From Raillietiella orientalis (taxonomy: Eukaryota): a stretch of 64,000 nt of DNA. Below the pieces are notes generated by a model that was not told the DNA's origin, searched no databases, and saw only the letters and a list, made by a program, of their open reading frames with translations. A program made the position numbers and the translations under genes. The DNA lies in NCBI GenBank assembly GCA_036172245.1, contig JAYWIR010000040.1, positions 124,001 to 188,000 on the forward strand, given 5' to 3'. Positions 21,600 through 36,100 of the stretch are shown piece by piece (the stretch's first letter is position 1; every line of letters begins with the position of its first letter).

Positions 21600-24450
21600 C
21601 ATTCAGTAACATAGAATGGCGATAATGGAGGAAGGATTCGCTTCACGAAGTTAAATATCTCATTATTACACTGAGTTATGCTTAAACTCAAGCGAAAGCG
21701 ACAGTGAGATAGAACATGAACTGAGGCTTTCTTACGGTAGTTATAAGGTCTGAGATTCTTAAAAACTCCCGATATTTTGCTATTTTCGCTGATAGCGAAT
21801 TGGTTGAGTTTTGCACTATGGATGAACCGCCAGTCAGCAAATCGTAGGACTCTGCACTCAGGTAAGAATGACATTGAGTTCTTTTGCAGTTCCACATATT
21901 CCATAAATTGATGTTGGTGGGCATGGCTAGTAAGGAGGTTGCTTAGTATCTCCGATGTGAAATCTCACTTTTTGCCACCTCAATGAGACAGACAGCGTTT
22001 TCTGGTTCTTATACTGGGTTGATGGGATTGAGAGTATGCTAATAAACGAACCTGTTCATCACGTCAAGAAAGGTAGATCAGGATGGGTTCAGTTGCTTGG
22101 TTGGATGCACTGGGAGGGAAACTCTGTCTTACACTTGAGTCCATAAGTATTGCATGGGTCATATCGTGAGAGCAGGTCATCAGAGATTACGATTCTGAGT
22201 ATAGATCCCAGATCAGCTCGGTAAATTGTATGCCTATACCAAAGTGATACAGGAAAGCTAAAATCAGGGAGTAAGGGACCGACGAGAATGCATGCTTGAG
22301 ATCCAGCCAGCACATTACGATAACCTCATGGTGAACTCGTGACTTTTAGACTAACGTTGCAAACGCAAAGTTTTCTTCCGGCACAACATTGTATGGAAAG
22401 AATTCTTTCACCAAAGGAGATGTTCAGTAGAGGATTTCAATCCTTTTCATCGGTAAAAGGTTCCAAGTATGAATTTTCCCAATATCCAGGTTCTCAGTCT
22501 TATTGCGAGGATCCTAAAGGAATCTCTTCCGAGTGTACAAGTGAAGGCATTCTAACGACATTGGAGACGTTGCTTGTATCGGTAGTTTTTCCTTGGAGAG
22601 TAGCACTGTTTTAGAGTTTTCGCATCCAAGGGGGCTACTCTTGTGTTGTAAACGCAAAGAGAATAGTGTTGCTAGTCAATATTCTTGGAGTCTGAGGTTT
22701 TGGCAGCAGCATATGGATTCCCTTGAGTCCATGGGTAAATTTAGAAGAAGCGTTTAAGACAAGCTCAACTTTGAATGAAATGATTGTGGAGGCTGAAAGT
22801 GGGCTGCAACTTTATTTTCAGGGAAGTATATGTTTCATTGATTTGGAGGAAATTTTTTTTTCATATAATGCATCCATATCTTCTGTGAAGCTCGAATATT
22901 GGGGACGATTTGAATTGTGGATCGCTCTTATCGCGAGTTTACGGTTTCTGCAATGTAACGATTATTATATTCCTAGCATTCGGGACATTCCTGAAGAACC
23001 TGCGAGGTCTAAAAGTATAAGGACGAATGCGATATTTTGCAAGTATTTTTGCATTGATGTCGTTGATGATCATCGTGGCATTATATCACGTATCAAAAGG
23101 CGCAGGTTGGTCGCACAACCGTTGTAATTTCGCAATCTCTACACTTAGATAGTATCGTCTGCAGTAATGAAGGAGACTTTGAGATGTGTGATGGGGTTTG
23201 CAAAAGTCGTTACGGGCTGTCGTTGCTAGTATGAGAGAGGTTTTGTGTTCATTCGGTTTGGTTGTTGAGCGTTTCCACTTTCAGATGGTGTTACACTCAT
23301 GAATTATTGATTCTGAAGCTCGGAAAAAAAGCAAATCTGTTGTGCATGGGAAGAGGCGGAAGTGATGATTTCTGAACGTGAGAGGAAAAAAGAGTCTCAT
23401 CCTCAGTAACTGCTTCTGGTGCCATCTTAAGTGGTTGCTGGATCCTTCAAAACTAGTAAATCTTCTTGAGTGGCTGGGTATTTGTAAGAAAATGTTTGAG
23501 AAATTGAGATCTCATTTGGGATAGTCCTTTGCTTCCCATTGGAGAATGAGTTTGTTGCATTGGAGTACAAACTTCTCTTGAGCATGCTCTACATATTCGT
23601 TCGTGCTGGCGGAAGGTTGAATAGGTGAAAAGACTAACTTTCTCTTTGACGATGCAAGGGTAAGCTTTGACTTAAGCACTCTGGTGCACCATTGACATGA
23701 ACTCAATTATGCATTTTAGGGTCTTTGGAACAGAAATCCTAATAAAATATTGCCACTCTTTAGGGTTATGTGATTGTCAGAGATAAGAGAGATCGGCATC
23801 TCTGTGATCGGGGTGTAGGGACGTTTTTACCTCAATACATTGTCTTGCTCCAAACGAGGAAGAAGGTTAGAAAGACGTTTCAGGCTACCTTCTCTAAATA
23901 CAGAAGTCGTTTGCAGCAGCGGCAGCGTACTAGTTGCTTCTATGCAAATAGGCTCATGAGGTCTTTGTCCAGACATCGAGGGCTGGTAGGACCCTGGGAG
24001 TATTAGGCTTCGCTTGAGGCAACCGATTTCGTTTGGGGCTTCAAGAGTTCATCGGTCAAGGGATCTTTTTCAACGTTGTTGCACTTCTCGGAGCTGAAAG
24101 TTTCAGTCAGGTTGCTGTGAGGGTTGTTTATTCCTTGTATAGATGTCAAGAATTACTTGATTTTCTTCGAGCAGGAGAGCTTTATAAACTCGCTGAATGA
24201 TGGTCGCGAGTTCAGAGAAGAAGGGATTTGAGCAGGTTAACATTTTGGTGTTCATCATCGTGTCAGAAAGTGATAAGCACATTGGGTTATCGTTGTTAAA
24301 ATTCAAAGGTTTATCGAGCAAAATTGAATGCCCCAGAGAAGCAGCAGTCGAGAAACCGCTGAAATCTCATTCATTAGAACGAGCTGGAGTGAATATGGTA
24401 AATGTCACAAACTTGCAAAACCGCGAAGGAAACAGCACTCACCACTCTCT
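21600..24450 (-). mobile_element. Decayed RLE-type non-LTR retrotransposon, convergent with the previous one
   Basis: RT motif WLDLKHAFSSVPY (~22270-22308) and LRFADWRFIHSAKLN (~21810-21850). Many stops and deletions. Confidence 0.75.
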
Positions 24451-24519
24451 GTGAATCAACGAGGAATGCTCGTACAAAATCAGGAACGAGCTTCCATTAC
24501 AAGTCTTTTTTCAATTTCC

Positions 24520-26545
24520 GTAAGTCCCACTAGGGGTGGGATGAATTTATTTTCTTTTACATTCAGACTACAATTTCATTCATACAAGTTACACAGAAAA
24601 ACTTCATCACACTTCACGAGTGTTCCCTTGAAGTCTATTTCTTTAAGTCTCTGAAAGTTCACTGCACTTTTTCACCTGGGCATCGTTTTAGCCCAGATGC
24701 TGCCTTCAATCCTTTTCAGGATATGACGGTATTTCCAGGCCCGGACTCTTTCACAGTTCCTGACTCCTTCTGGTAAAGCCCTTTAAGGATGCCCATCAAA
24801 GATACGGCAGTCCTGGTGGTCTTCATCTTCCACCACCGCACAAGAATGGCGGTGATGAAGAGGGTGATGGTCACTCTTACCATTGGGTTATAGCATGAAA
24901 CAGTTCCATTTCCTTGGAACATCCCTGCCAAGACCGCCATGGTCGAGGCATTTGCAGCCCGATGGCCCTTTACAGGGTATATCACTTGTTTGCAATGTGG
25001 AGCAGATCAAAACATGCCGTCTTATATTGATGCCACCACATGTCTGCAGATTTCTTCTTCCCTTTTGCCCGTGAAAAACTTTATTCTGGATCCACTCAGG
25101 ATGCCAACATGGTAAAACATAAGGAGGTTATCTTGAGTGTCCGGTGGGAGGTCACTCCTCCTGGGCAACGTTCCAATCGCTAGTGGATTAAATCCACTGC
25201 TTGCGTGGCGGTCGGCGGCTTCTTGGAGGGCACTGGTGTCTTGTTCTTCGACTATTAGTCGGCGAACGTTGATCTTGGTTACCCTGGACCACGCGAAGTC
25301 GTTATGGTTTTTCCAGACTTCTCGGGTCCTATGGGTAAAGCTGCCAGAGATCCTTTAGACGTAACGGAGCACCTTGGTATGATGTAGGTATCGCCGCCGT
25401 CTCCATGTCTTAGTGGCTTTCAAAGTAACTCTGGACCGCTGGTTTATCCAGCTCTTCGTGTCATCCTGCACGGGGAGCATCCACAAGATAACCAGGATGG
25501 ATTCCTCCTGCCAGAGTTCTTTGCTTTTAGGGATGATCTTCATTTGTTCTTTGCTTATTAGTTGCTGTTTTCTCCGTCATGTTGGGTCAATGGTGGACCA
25601 TTCGCCCAATCTGCCGAGCAGCGCAGTCATCAGGCCTCTCAAGTTGTTCAACAACAGCGAGTACGCCCTGTGCGCTGCGTACGGTCAGTCGTTCCAGTTG
25701 GAAGACATGTCCAGGATTTGTCGCACGTCCATGATGTCCACGGCGTGTGCAGGCGACTTCATCCCGGTCCTACCTTCTTCCTTAGGGCTATATAGTGGTT
25801 TGAGGCGTACTCTCGGTCGGTATCCTCTTCAAAGGTTCTTTTTCTGAAGCTTTTCCACCTCTCTCTTGGTATCTTTGAACATTCTATAGAAGGCTGCTCC
25901 AAAGAGTATCTTCGGAAGGAGTACTCCATTCCAAAGATTAGCCCTCTTCATGTTAAAGTCCGAACTGGTATACTTCGCTCCTTCTGCTGCTGCTTTCCCC
26001 AGGATTTCTTTCCACAGTAATTGGGATGCTGGTGCTCCGCTAATGTGGACACCTAGGTACTTCACTTGATCCACCGTGCGGAAACCTTCCGTTGTAAGAT
26101 GGAGAGGTCCAGGATTCCGACGGGCAAAAGCTGGCTTTCTGGGGCATTGATTCTTAAACCCATTCCTTGTTCCATTAGCTCCACCACATGCAGAAACCCT
26201 CGCTGATCTCTCTCCCTTTTTAGGAAGAAGAGAAGATCATCTGCGTAGGCTAGATGGGTGAGCTTTTGTGTATCCATTGTTATTCCGTGAAGGTATTCAC
26301 TTCTCTCGATGAGGCCTCCATGCACATGACAAACAGCATTGGACTCAGAGCATCGCCCTAGAGGACTCCGCGTTCCATCCGAATAGCTGTTGTTGATTTC
26401 ATCATTAATCTTGATGTGGAAATTTTGTTCTTCGAGTACCATCTTCACGAAGTTGCCGAAGTATTCCGGGAGGCCCAGTTTTCCTAGAATCTTCAGCAGT
26501 ATCCCATGGTCCACCGTATAGAAAGCCTTCTCCATGCCGGTAAAG
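24520..26545 (-). mobile_element. 5'-truncated Tx1/L1-like LINE: RT, C-terminus and 3'UTR (frameshifted)
   Basis: MEKAFYTVDHGILLKILGKLGLP, LAYADDLLFFL, VKYLGVHI, WNGVLLPKILF. Confidence 0.9.
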
Positions 26546-27379
26546 TCCAGTACTAAGTTCTCGCCGATATATCGGCTGAGCCTAGTCTGTTAGCTGCTAA
26601 GTTGTCCATGCATTTAGAAGGTTTTTCCTGACTCCAGTATGACAAAACACTTCCCAATTTTTCCGTTTCTTTCCACGCCTGGCGTTTCTGAGTGAGAGCC
26701 GTATTGGGGAAAGGGCATAAACGAAGCCCACAGCAGTTTGCCCTGGTTGTAGACAATCTTCCACAGAAGCTGTCGAGCATTGATTTCCGTTTGGTGGCAG
26801 GAGTACTCTGCATCGTTCAAACCGCAGATAGTTTCCAATGCGAAAACTGACTCCTGAATCTAGAAATTGCAGTTCACGGGGTGGCCGGACTTCCTGGAGT
26901 TTTCCTGCACTAGGGCAACCATCTGACGCAGCTGATGGTCACAATGCCTTAGGCTGCGGTCGCATGTTGCGAGGATCGATTATGTTATTCCTTTGCAGTG
27001 GGTCGCTCTTCTGGCGTGGAGGCTTGCGGGTTCGCACCATGACGTTGTCCAGAACTCTGTCGCGAGGGCATTTTTTTAAATGGAACTGCTTCATCCGCTG
27101 CAGCTTGAGAAGGTCCAGTCCTCTATCCTTACGCGGAGCACACGAGTCTTTTAAACGGACTCTACATCTTCTCATTGTGCATAGGAATTTCCTCAGGAAA
27201 CCCCCTGTCTGATTTTTGATCTTGGGTAGAGAAGGGAAAAGAAAAAGTAGAGTATGGAAGAGGAGGGCCGCGAACGCGTTTCACACCGCCGCCCGTTCCT
27301 GCAAGTACAAGTTGCCGTCCTGGAACGAACCGAGCACCATGCCTATCTTCTGAAGACGGTCGGATCAGGCTCCTGCTGT

Positions 27380-28900
27380 GCAAAAGTCCCCCAATGGCTG
27401 CATTGTAAAACTCTAGTACTTCACGCTGTACGCTGAAGCGACGACGGAGATCAGTCTCTCAGAGCTACTCTTGTCGCAGGATGCGCCTGTCGTTGGGAAG
27501 AAGGAACTCTCATGTGTGGACGAGCCCTTCGCAGCGGAGAAAATTTCTTTCTCTATCACAGAGTTCAAAAGACGAGAAGAGGCAGAGGAGTATGGACTTT
27601 TAGCAGTTTCATCCATCTTTGCTTTAAGAATCACTCACCTGTTGCTGAATTCTTCGTCGCTAATAAGAGAGAGGCGTGAGATGTTCTTGCCTCGTTTTGC
27701 TTAGCAAAAATGTATCTCCTCAAGAAAGGCAGTGATTTATGCCTGTTTAACAGCTGTCGTCCGATCAACTTAATGAATTCGGACCTCAGGTTGTTTTCGA
27801 AGCTTTGATCACACATCTAGGGATGGCCGCGGAGTTCTTGGCAAGCTCGGAGCATACCTAGGCTGTTTGCAGCAGGTCCTTGGATAAGAACCACCTTTTA
27901 CGAGAACATGGCTCGAACTGCAGGAACGAGTTGTGCTGCAAAGCCTGGCGGTGAAAGGAGCTGCAGCCCCAGACAAGCGTAGGTGTATGGAGCTAGACGG
28001 AACGCCGAGTGCCTTGGCAGTGGTGGTTGATCTCTACAATTCGTTCGACTGCATCAACCATGTGCTCCTTCTAAAGCTCTTGAGATGTCTCTGTCTTCCG
28101 ATGCACAGTCACCTACCGGCGCTGCTGCTGAAGATCCGCGTCATGTCCCATTACCTTTAATGGCCCCCAACTGAGGCATCCCAGCGCTGCAGGAATCAGC
28201 CAGAGCAACAGCATAAGCCCTTTGCTCTTTAGAATCTTCTTCAAATTGTTGCTGGTGACGTGCAGGCTGATGCTGACTGACCTGCCAAGCACCTGTCTGC
28301 CAACGTCGGCTGTAGCTACCTATGCCGACTATCTGCTTCTTCTGCTCGTCTTGTTTACCTCAGTGTCCAGCCTTGAGGATTTTTTCGAGCTAATTCGACG
28401 GGAAGCGTGCGTAAGCGTAAACAGGAGCAAGAGTGTGGTCGCTCTTGTAAATGCGTCGTGGAAGGGGTAGTCCGACTGGATCAACTTAGAGATTCCCACA
28501 ATCAGGTACTTCAAGTACTTAGGCTTACTAGTTGGCGACTTCTGCGCAAAGCGTGATCCAGATGTTCTCAAATAGCAGAGAAAGCCTTTAAGTGTATTTT
28601 GGGGTATTGACTGTATCTTCCGGAACAAGCCTCAATGTGGAACTTTCATGGCTTTCCTCTACTGATCGTTTCCTTATGTTTGTGCTCCTCCCTATGTGGC
28701 AAGATAACGGGCTTGGGGACAATCGAGGAAAGCCCTCTAAGACATCTTGCACCTTGCTTTCTTTTCTGCGTCTCCTTCAAGCACATTGCTGCGTGTCGGA
28801 AGGCTGCGTGATATGGCATATGGCATCCTCACACTGGCCAACAAGTTGAGGGCGCGCAAGGACGCGCATATCTCGTTCATATTTTTGTCAGGAAACAGCT
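27380..28900 (+). mobile_element. Decayed Tx1/L1-like reverse transcriptase
   Basis: KKGSDLCLFNSCRPINLMNSDLRLFSKL, VVDLYNSFDCINH, ATYADYLLL, FKYLGL. Confidence 0.85.
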
Positions 28901-29149
28901 CTCGTTAAAGAGTAAGTCAACATTGAAACCCCTTGCGCAGATTGCGCTGCGCTGGCAAAGAAAGTCTCAAGTTATCGGCTTTTCAGCGCTCCAAAACCCT
29001 GCAATTTGGGCACCATTAGCATATAAAGTTCAATACGACCAGATCGATTGAATCGGGCTACTTGTGTGCAAGTTGATCGACTATCCCTAGTTCGTTGAAG
29101 CAAACGCTACGCCCTGTTTACAACATTTTGCAATGTGCGTGGAACCTGA

Positions 29150-30400
29150 CACCGCACGTTAGTGCTGTGTGCCGCCTGAGACTTCCCAGAGCTGGTGAAC
29201 CTGCTCATCGGCGATACTCTGAAACTTCTGCAGAATTGAGAACTCAAAACGGGTCCAGAGCATTCTCTTTGCTGTGCTACTCATCGTCGCGCAATCCGTT
29301 GACATTCCAACAGGCTACGCTGAGAAGGCGACTCCTCGAATCACTGCTGGGGAGACAAATGCGAGTTTATCGCTCCGTCCGTCGATTGGGAACGAGGTAG
29401 CGCTACAGTTTTCGAAGCGTGCTTCCATGCCATGCCGTGCTGCTTTTTCCCGATTTCTCAGAAGCAGTGATCATCTCTACCTCTCAGCTTTCATCAACAG
29501 TGATGCCCTTCATAGGCTGCCTCCTACGCACTGTCGTCATGCGCTCTCACGTTTTAAGTCAGCTGTCCACTAGCGGAATCGGACCCCTGATTAGCATCCG
29601 CGTCTCAAGCAAAGGAGATGAGTTCTGTTTGTCTAGGTTGCGAGAGTTTGACTACCTCTCCCTTAGAGCTTTCTGCTACTGTTAGTGGATTCGTTTTTTC
29701 TCCAGCAATAGCATCTTCTATCTGCTTCTAATGTGCGATTGCAATGGTGCAAGGGGCGTATGCTGCGACCTTGTTCTCCGTAAGTTTGTAGGCAGAAAGT
29801 TTTCTGAGGCCACTTTCTTCTATACGAAGTTAAGGGGAATTCGCCTGCTACTTCTCCTTTCTCTCCCTCAACTCTGTGCAGCCCTCCTCGAAACCGTCAC
29901 TGCGTTTCTCTTCCTTCAGAAATGACGCTGTATGCGGAGGCTACAAGCTGCATTCTCTGTGGCTAAAAATGCTATCTCTGCGACGGTGGGAAGTCTTACC
30001 TTTTCGTCAACATGAAAACGTCGCATTGTCTGTGCGGATACTGGTGACACTGCTTCTGTGGCCGTAATGGCATATATACTTTACCTTAGGACCGCGACTG
30101 GCCCTGCTATTGCGCACGCAGTAAAAAGCTCCGGCGCCTTTGTCTTTGCAGTTAAGCTGTCTTGGCTGTGGAAGTTAAAGGCTTGCTCTCTGAGCGTGCA
30201 GATGCGTTACTGACTGCAACGCACGTTCTGCGCGGGAAGCAAGCAGTTTGGGCATCGGATCGGTGCGTGCCCAAGAGCACGCTGTTTTCAATGTGGTCAG
30301 CAGAGTTACTTCATCATAACTTTCGCGAGGTCCCCAAAATGCCATTATTGCAAAGAGTCGAGGCACATCAAGAGGGAGCGCCCAAATTTTTCCAAGTGGC
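29150..30400 (-). mobile_element. Old copy of the element-C family (decayed ORF1 and ORF2 start)
   Basis: ..PQQ* followed by RLLSVACWNVNGLRDDE (~29280-29350), matching the element C ORF1/ORF2 junction. Confidence 0.7.
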
Positions 30401-30539
30401 TGGTGGAACATGAATTCGACCCGCTCCCTGCAGTTCACCACAAGGAAAATGAAGGAGAAATGGAGAATCCCAGCGCAAGCGCAGCTGTAATCTCCACAGC
30501 GGTCAAAAAGGAGTAGGAAAAAAAGAAACAAAAAGCCGC

Positions 30540-31950
30540 GTGCAAAGAGCTTCTTCCATTTTCAGCAGCATCGGAGAAATTGAGCACAGCGGAAAAAGAG
30601 AAGCAAAAAAGATAGAGCTGGGAAGAGAGTCAGCTACCCCAATGGAGGCAACCTTCCCGAAAAACGCAGAGGACAAAAAGATGGATGCGCTGCTCACCAC
30701 CCCATTTATCCAGGAAGAAATGTTTGCTATGGTCGTGATCAACCGTATGGAAGTCGAAGTGGGGGACGTCTTGAAGGCAGCGAAATCCGGAAGTATGGCT
30801 TTGGAGAAAAAAGGAGAAATCCCTGTGAGGCCAATTAAGTGGACTGGCCGGGAAGAACTCTTCAGAGAAGAATCTCGCGCCGAAGACACCGCGGATTACG
30901 AGAAGTAGATGAGCGAGACCGAGGACGACACTTTTGTTTCCAGGAAGCCCACGGCGTCCTCCAAGCAGAAAAATACGAGAGCTTTAAGAAGCAAAAAATA
31001 ATTTCTCTTGGAATCTTTGCTGCCTTCCGTCAGGAGCATCAAGATCTCCTCTTGGAATGTGAATGGGATGTCCAACCAGGAGAAGAGGAGAAGGATCACG
31101 CGCTCCATCGAGCGTGATGACATCATCTGCCTGCAAGAAATTCACCAGACGGGAGACAAGATCTGCCGCGAACTCGAACGGAGACTGGATTTCATATTGT
31201 TCTTGAGCCCGGGAGAGAGGCAGACCAAGGACGTAGCGATCCCCATCAAGAACAGGGTTCTGGAACATCTGCACACATTGTTCTGGAATCCTTTTCTCCG
31301 TGGCCCAGCCGCATCCTCAAAGTTCGGATGTCCTGATCCGGCGCAGTTCGCCTATTCCTTGTGAACGTGTACGGACCCCACCTGGAAAAGCATCGGTGCT
31401 CAGGGACTGTGCGCGTTCTACTGCGCAGCAAGGCCGCATCAAAGGATATCGTCGTCGTCGTGGGAGAACTGAAAATCGAGAGCGTTTGGTTCTAGCGGAC
31501 TGCTGTTGAACTACCAACTGGTATTCCTGCAGGTCTGCAAGTCAAATAAAAGACGGAAACTAATGATTAACATCCTTTTCCATTTGAAGCCATCAAGTTC
31601 TAGCTAAATAAGAAAAGAGGTTCAAAGTTTTTTTTCCTTGGCAAAATAGATCGTCTGGATGCGCTGGCTCCCATGCAACTTTATTTTATAAAAGGCAAAG
31701 GCTTTTTTACCGGATTGCGCCATGGATTCACTTGAATAACAAAAGAGAACTACAAAGCGAACAAGGAAAGTGATTTTTTATGAATTTAAAAAAAAAAAGA
31801 AACAAAAAGAAGCTATGCTGGTGATAACCGACTTTCAGGGCAGGGAAGGAATTTGCTGTAGCATTGAAAGTATCAGAGAAAGTATTTGTTTAAAATACAA
31901 ACTGATGTGTGGGGATAGAGTCACAAAGATTGCTGCTGAAATCTATCTTT
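30540..31950 (+). mobile_element. Decayed LINE 5' part with APE endonuclease
   Basis: IKISSWNVNGMSNQEKRRRI..DIICLQEIH (31008-31364), with LVNVYGP in another frame. Confidence 0.8.
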
Positions 31951-32509
31951 TAATTTCTTCAAGCGATGCTACTGATCTCTTTCTTGAGTTCTTGTTTTAG
32001 ATAATGCCACCTATATGCTCTCTTTTGGGAGATTATAGCGACACAGGCAGGCTCTCGATGCTGTCAGTGCAGCTTCAGCGACTATTTTGTCTGAAGATGC
32101 CGCAGATGCAACACAAAAATGAGATAACAACTACAGATCAGAGCGTCTAGGCTGAATAAGAAATGTAGCAGAGCAGCCGGCTGTAACTATCCAGAAAATT
32201 TGTGGTCGCTTGATATGCCCTCCAAATCCTGCATTTCCTCCGGAATGTGACTGCATTGAGCATTCGCAATGAGCTTGTGGAGTCTGTTTTAAAGCGAAAT
32301 GCGTTACGGCTTCCGATAAGTGTGGCAAGTCAGAGTGCAATTGCAAGGAGAATGCTGACTGCCACGGAGAAAGCATTTGCAGCAAATGTTACTGTCAAAA
32401 CTGCAGATATGCTTTTCTTTACGGCAATTCCTCCGGAGCGAGGCCTGGCCATTACACGCCGGCGGGGATGACCTCCGCGATAACCTGAAATGCGGGATTA
32501 AAAAAAAAA

Positions 32510-32700
32510 AAACAATCTGGGTGTCATCCGGCTGGAGAACAGGGAAGCAAGCCTCTTCCATGATGGATTTCCACACCTCCCTGCGTCGGTAGCAAGGCAT
32601 AGCCGCGTCAGGTGGCAATTTCGTATAGTATTCCTCTAGAAGTTTTTCCATTCCCTCGATGGTGCAGGAGAACTCTCGCCTGGACTGTAGTCATTGCTGT
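32510..32700 (-). mobile_element. Short LINE ORF2 linker-like fragment
   Basis: EGMEKLLEEYYTKL resembles the EN-RT linker motif (..YY.KLY). Confidence 0.4.
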
Positions 32701-33169
32701 CCCATGAGGTAGACAACTCTGCAGCCAAAAGTGTGGCAGAAACCGAGCTCATTTTGTCGGTTCTTTGATGATCTTTTGCATATATGTCCTGCCTAAGCCC
32801 TAAGCCGGCACGGGATCTTCATGGTTGATACTGTTTAAGCAAGCTGAAGTGTCCACATAATACATACGTCAGGCAAAAAAGTTCGTAGGGCGATATGAGA
32901 TACACTCTATGGATTTCAGCAGAAAAGAAAACAGCATCAAGAGAAACCTCGAGAGATTCATCCATTTCCAGTTGCAAAAAAGCAGGGATGCTGAAAGACG
33001 GAGGCTGTGTGAACCCAAGCTGTATTACTGAGAATAAGGCTAGAGCAACGTTCATCCACTTGATTTGTTAAGCAAAATTTTCAATGGAATATTTTTGCAT
33101 TGATAGACGATGTAGTGTTCTCTAACTGTCTGTTCAGGGAGGAGGCAACAAAGTTATTGTCAGAAGCAT

Positions 33170-36100
33170 GGGAGTTCTCTTGAACTAATGAGCAGCCGTT
33201 GCAATCCCTTGTGGAAAAACTCTGCGAAGAAAAGAGAGATTGAAGGTTCTGCGAGTTTCTTCACCGACAGTGAATGAAATTGCAGAACATGCTCTCATAG
33301 CTTTAGACCACCTTAACCTGGGACAATGAGGGACGAGTTGTTTGAAAGGAGGAAGCAAGGGGGAGAACCTAGACAAATGCTTGAAATAGTTTAAAAAACA
33401 TCATCGGGCAAAAAGTGACCACGCCAACGCGTAGTTCAGATTTTTCAGGTAATTAGCAATTGTTCTGCTCAGGAACATGCAAATTGTTGCGCAGAGCGTG
33501 CTTTTTATGTCACATTATGTGAAGCGACCAAGATAATCTCTTACAGATAGTTTACTCACAGGGCTCAAGGTCAGTGTGCTTCCGCTTTGCCAGAAAGTAT
33601 GAAGAAATGGAATTTTTCGGATGACTAAAGATAAGACCTCCAGGACTCCTACGAGTCCAAATGCAGGACTGCTGCTCGGTCCAATTTTCCGCTCACGAAG
33701 CCCGCCGGCCGTTTCTACAAACAAGAAAGGCTGGTGCCAATGCTCCCAATGAGCGAAAAACAGGGTATTTGTCAGGTTTAAGAACACATGAATGCCAAAG
33801 CCACTACTACCCTGTTTCCTCGATGCTTCTGTTGAAAGACCTTGGGCTTCGATTTAGCATTCTGGAAGATTAAGCAAAAATTCTTTGGATGGTAAGCCGA
33901 AAGCAGGAAATCGCTTGCTGAATGCAGCACTAAGCTGAAGACGTAAGCAGCTCAAACGGAGGCTTCAATGCAGCTGCAATTCATTCCTACTTTGTCGACT
34001 ACTTTGTCACCAAGCCCGCAATGTGACCCTGATTGCGGGACTGGCAATCCTTCTTCTGGCGGAGTGCGAACCTGCGGAAACTTCGATCTAACATCGCGAC
34101 TCTCTTTGTAGGTTAAGGAAAGCACCAGCAGACAAGGCTTGGCTTTCTTCGCACTGCTGACATCTTACAATAAATCGCTTCAAGAACGAGCTCAATTGAT
34201 GCCAGGATTGACAAAAATGGGTTTCGCTTTCATGTGTCAACTTGTTTATTGGTTTGCTGTACAGTGGACATTTAGGATCTTGTAGAACCCTTGGGACGGT
34301 ACTTTCAGAGTGCGCAAGACCTAAGAAAAGGAACGTGCCAAAGGGTATCTTATTTTTCGTCTTGCATTGGCTATTGTCCGCAAGCAAGATGGAGAACCAA
34401 TCGTTTATTTTATTTTTCCGATTGACGCTCCAGATTGCGATCATGGAATCCGGATTATCATTTAATGGCAATTCAAATAGTGTTTCATGGTTGTTGCAGA
34501 GTGAGTCCACCTACATGCTACTGGCACATACCATCCCATGCTAAGGATTTAGCACGCGGTGCCCTATTTCCAAAGTATTCGTCAATTGTTCATGCTGATC
34601 CTCTTACCGATGTTAATTTTTTTTCTTCTGTAATCAAAAACTGTGCGATAGTGTTTGCCGAAGAGGTCTCCTAGGATGATGGCCGTTTGGTGTGTATCGG
34701 TAGCGGTTATCAGAGTCTCACAAATAGGTTGCTGTGCACTGTAATCAGGCACCTGAAAATTTTTTTCATTCTGACAGAGGCGGAATATGTTGATTACCTC
34801 GATCAGGAATTCTTCCGGGAAGAACATGAAGACTTTGCTACTGATGGTCATTGTGAGGTTATCATTTTTACAGTCACAAGGTACCTAAGCGTCTTTTGAT
34901 TTTACAAAAATTCACAAATGCTTACTTACTAGTAAAGGATTAGCTAATTCGCATTTTTCGTTCAGAGCGGTAATGTATTTTCTGTGTTCCTTTTTGGAAA
35001 GGCCAATACCTCTGAAGCCAAAATGGAAAAATGCAGTACATCCACGACAAATATAATGTTTGCCTAATTTTAGACTGAAGGACGAAATTTCCAGCGAGTT
35101 TCAAGTGCACACTTGCATCATCGTACCTTTCCACTGGCAATGCCCATTGTGAGTTGTCGGCAGTTTTTTGATGTAGAAAAGGTCTCGCCAAAATGGGACG
35201 TCCGAAAATCAGCATTCCAGCATGCTTTTCCCAAGGATTCCTGCAAAGTTTGTTAATTACACTGTAATCTCATCGATGAAAAAGTGTTGTCAAGCAGTTC
35301 CTCGCTTTACTTAGTCATTCTCCCTTCAGCACATATGACGATATCGCACACAGTAAGCAATGATGACGTCAGTGAACCTGTGGTTCACTTGGTAGAGGGT
35401 GTATCTAAAGCACACATGCCCGCATTGACACAACTGAATCATTCTACTGATGTGGCAACCAGCAATGCCTCATTTGTGCAATCAATTCACATATGGGATG
35501 TGGCAATCAGCAATGCACGTTGATGAGCCTAAAGCATTTTCTCGCTCTGCCTTCCGCGGAAATTTTTCGTACTGCGCTCTTCTTTGTTACACGTTTACTG
35601 CAACATGCAATCCTCTCCGTTTTTAAAGATTTGCTTGCATTCCGGGCTTGCACATTAGAATTTGGCAACGATTTTCCTCTAAGGAGGTGCTTTCTTCTCC
35701 ATCACTGGTGCTAACAAATGATAGAAAGCAGCTGCTACGGCAAAATAACCAGATGGAAGATTAGCTGCTCCTCTGCAGACGACTCGTTTGGGAAGAACAT
35801 GTGGAAAGACCGTACCTAATTCTTGATGAGGTGCTTTCCTTTCTATCATTTGTTCAAACAGCCCGTGAAACTGCAATGCAAACGCACTGTATTGCCTGCA
35901 GATCGTATCCTTCGCAATGTCAGTATTGTCGTTTCGTGCAAAAAACGATGCTTGGAAAGCGACCCAATTCGAGGGCACTTCCAACTACAGGCAAACGAGA
36001 AGAAATCCCGGTTTCCCACTACCCAGTGGTTCAGAAAGGCATAGCTCCACTGATGCTCCTAGAAGTTCTATTCTCTCGCACTGAGTTCTGACGATGCGCA

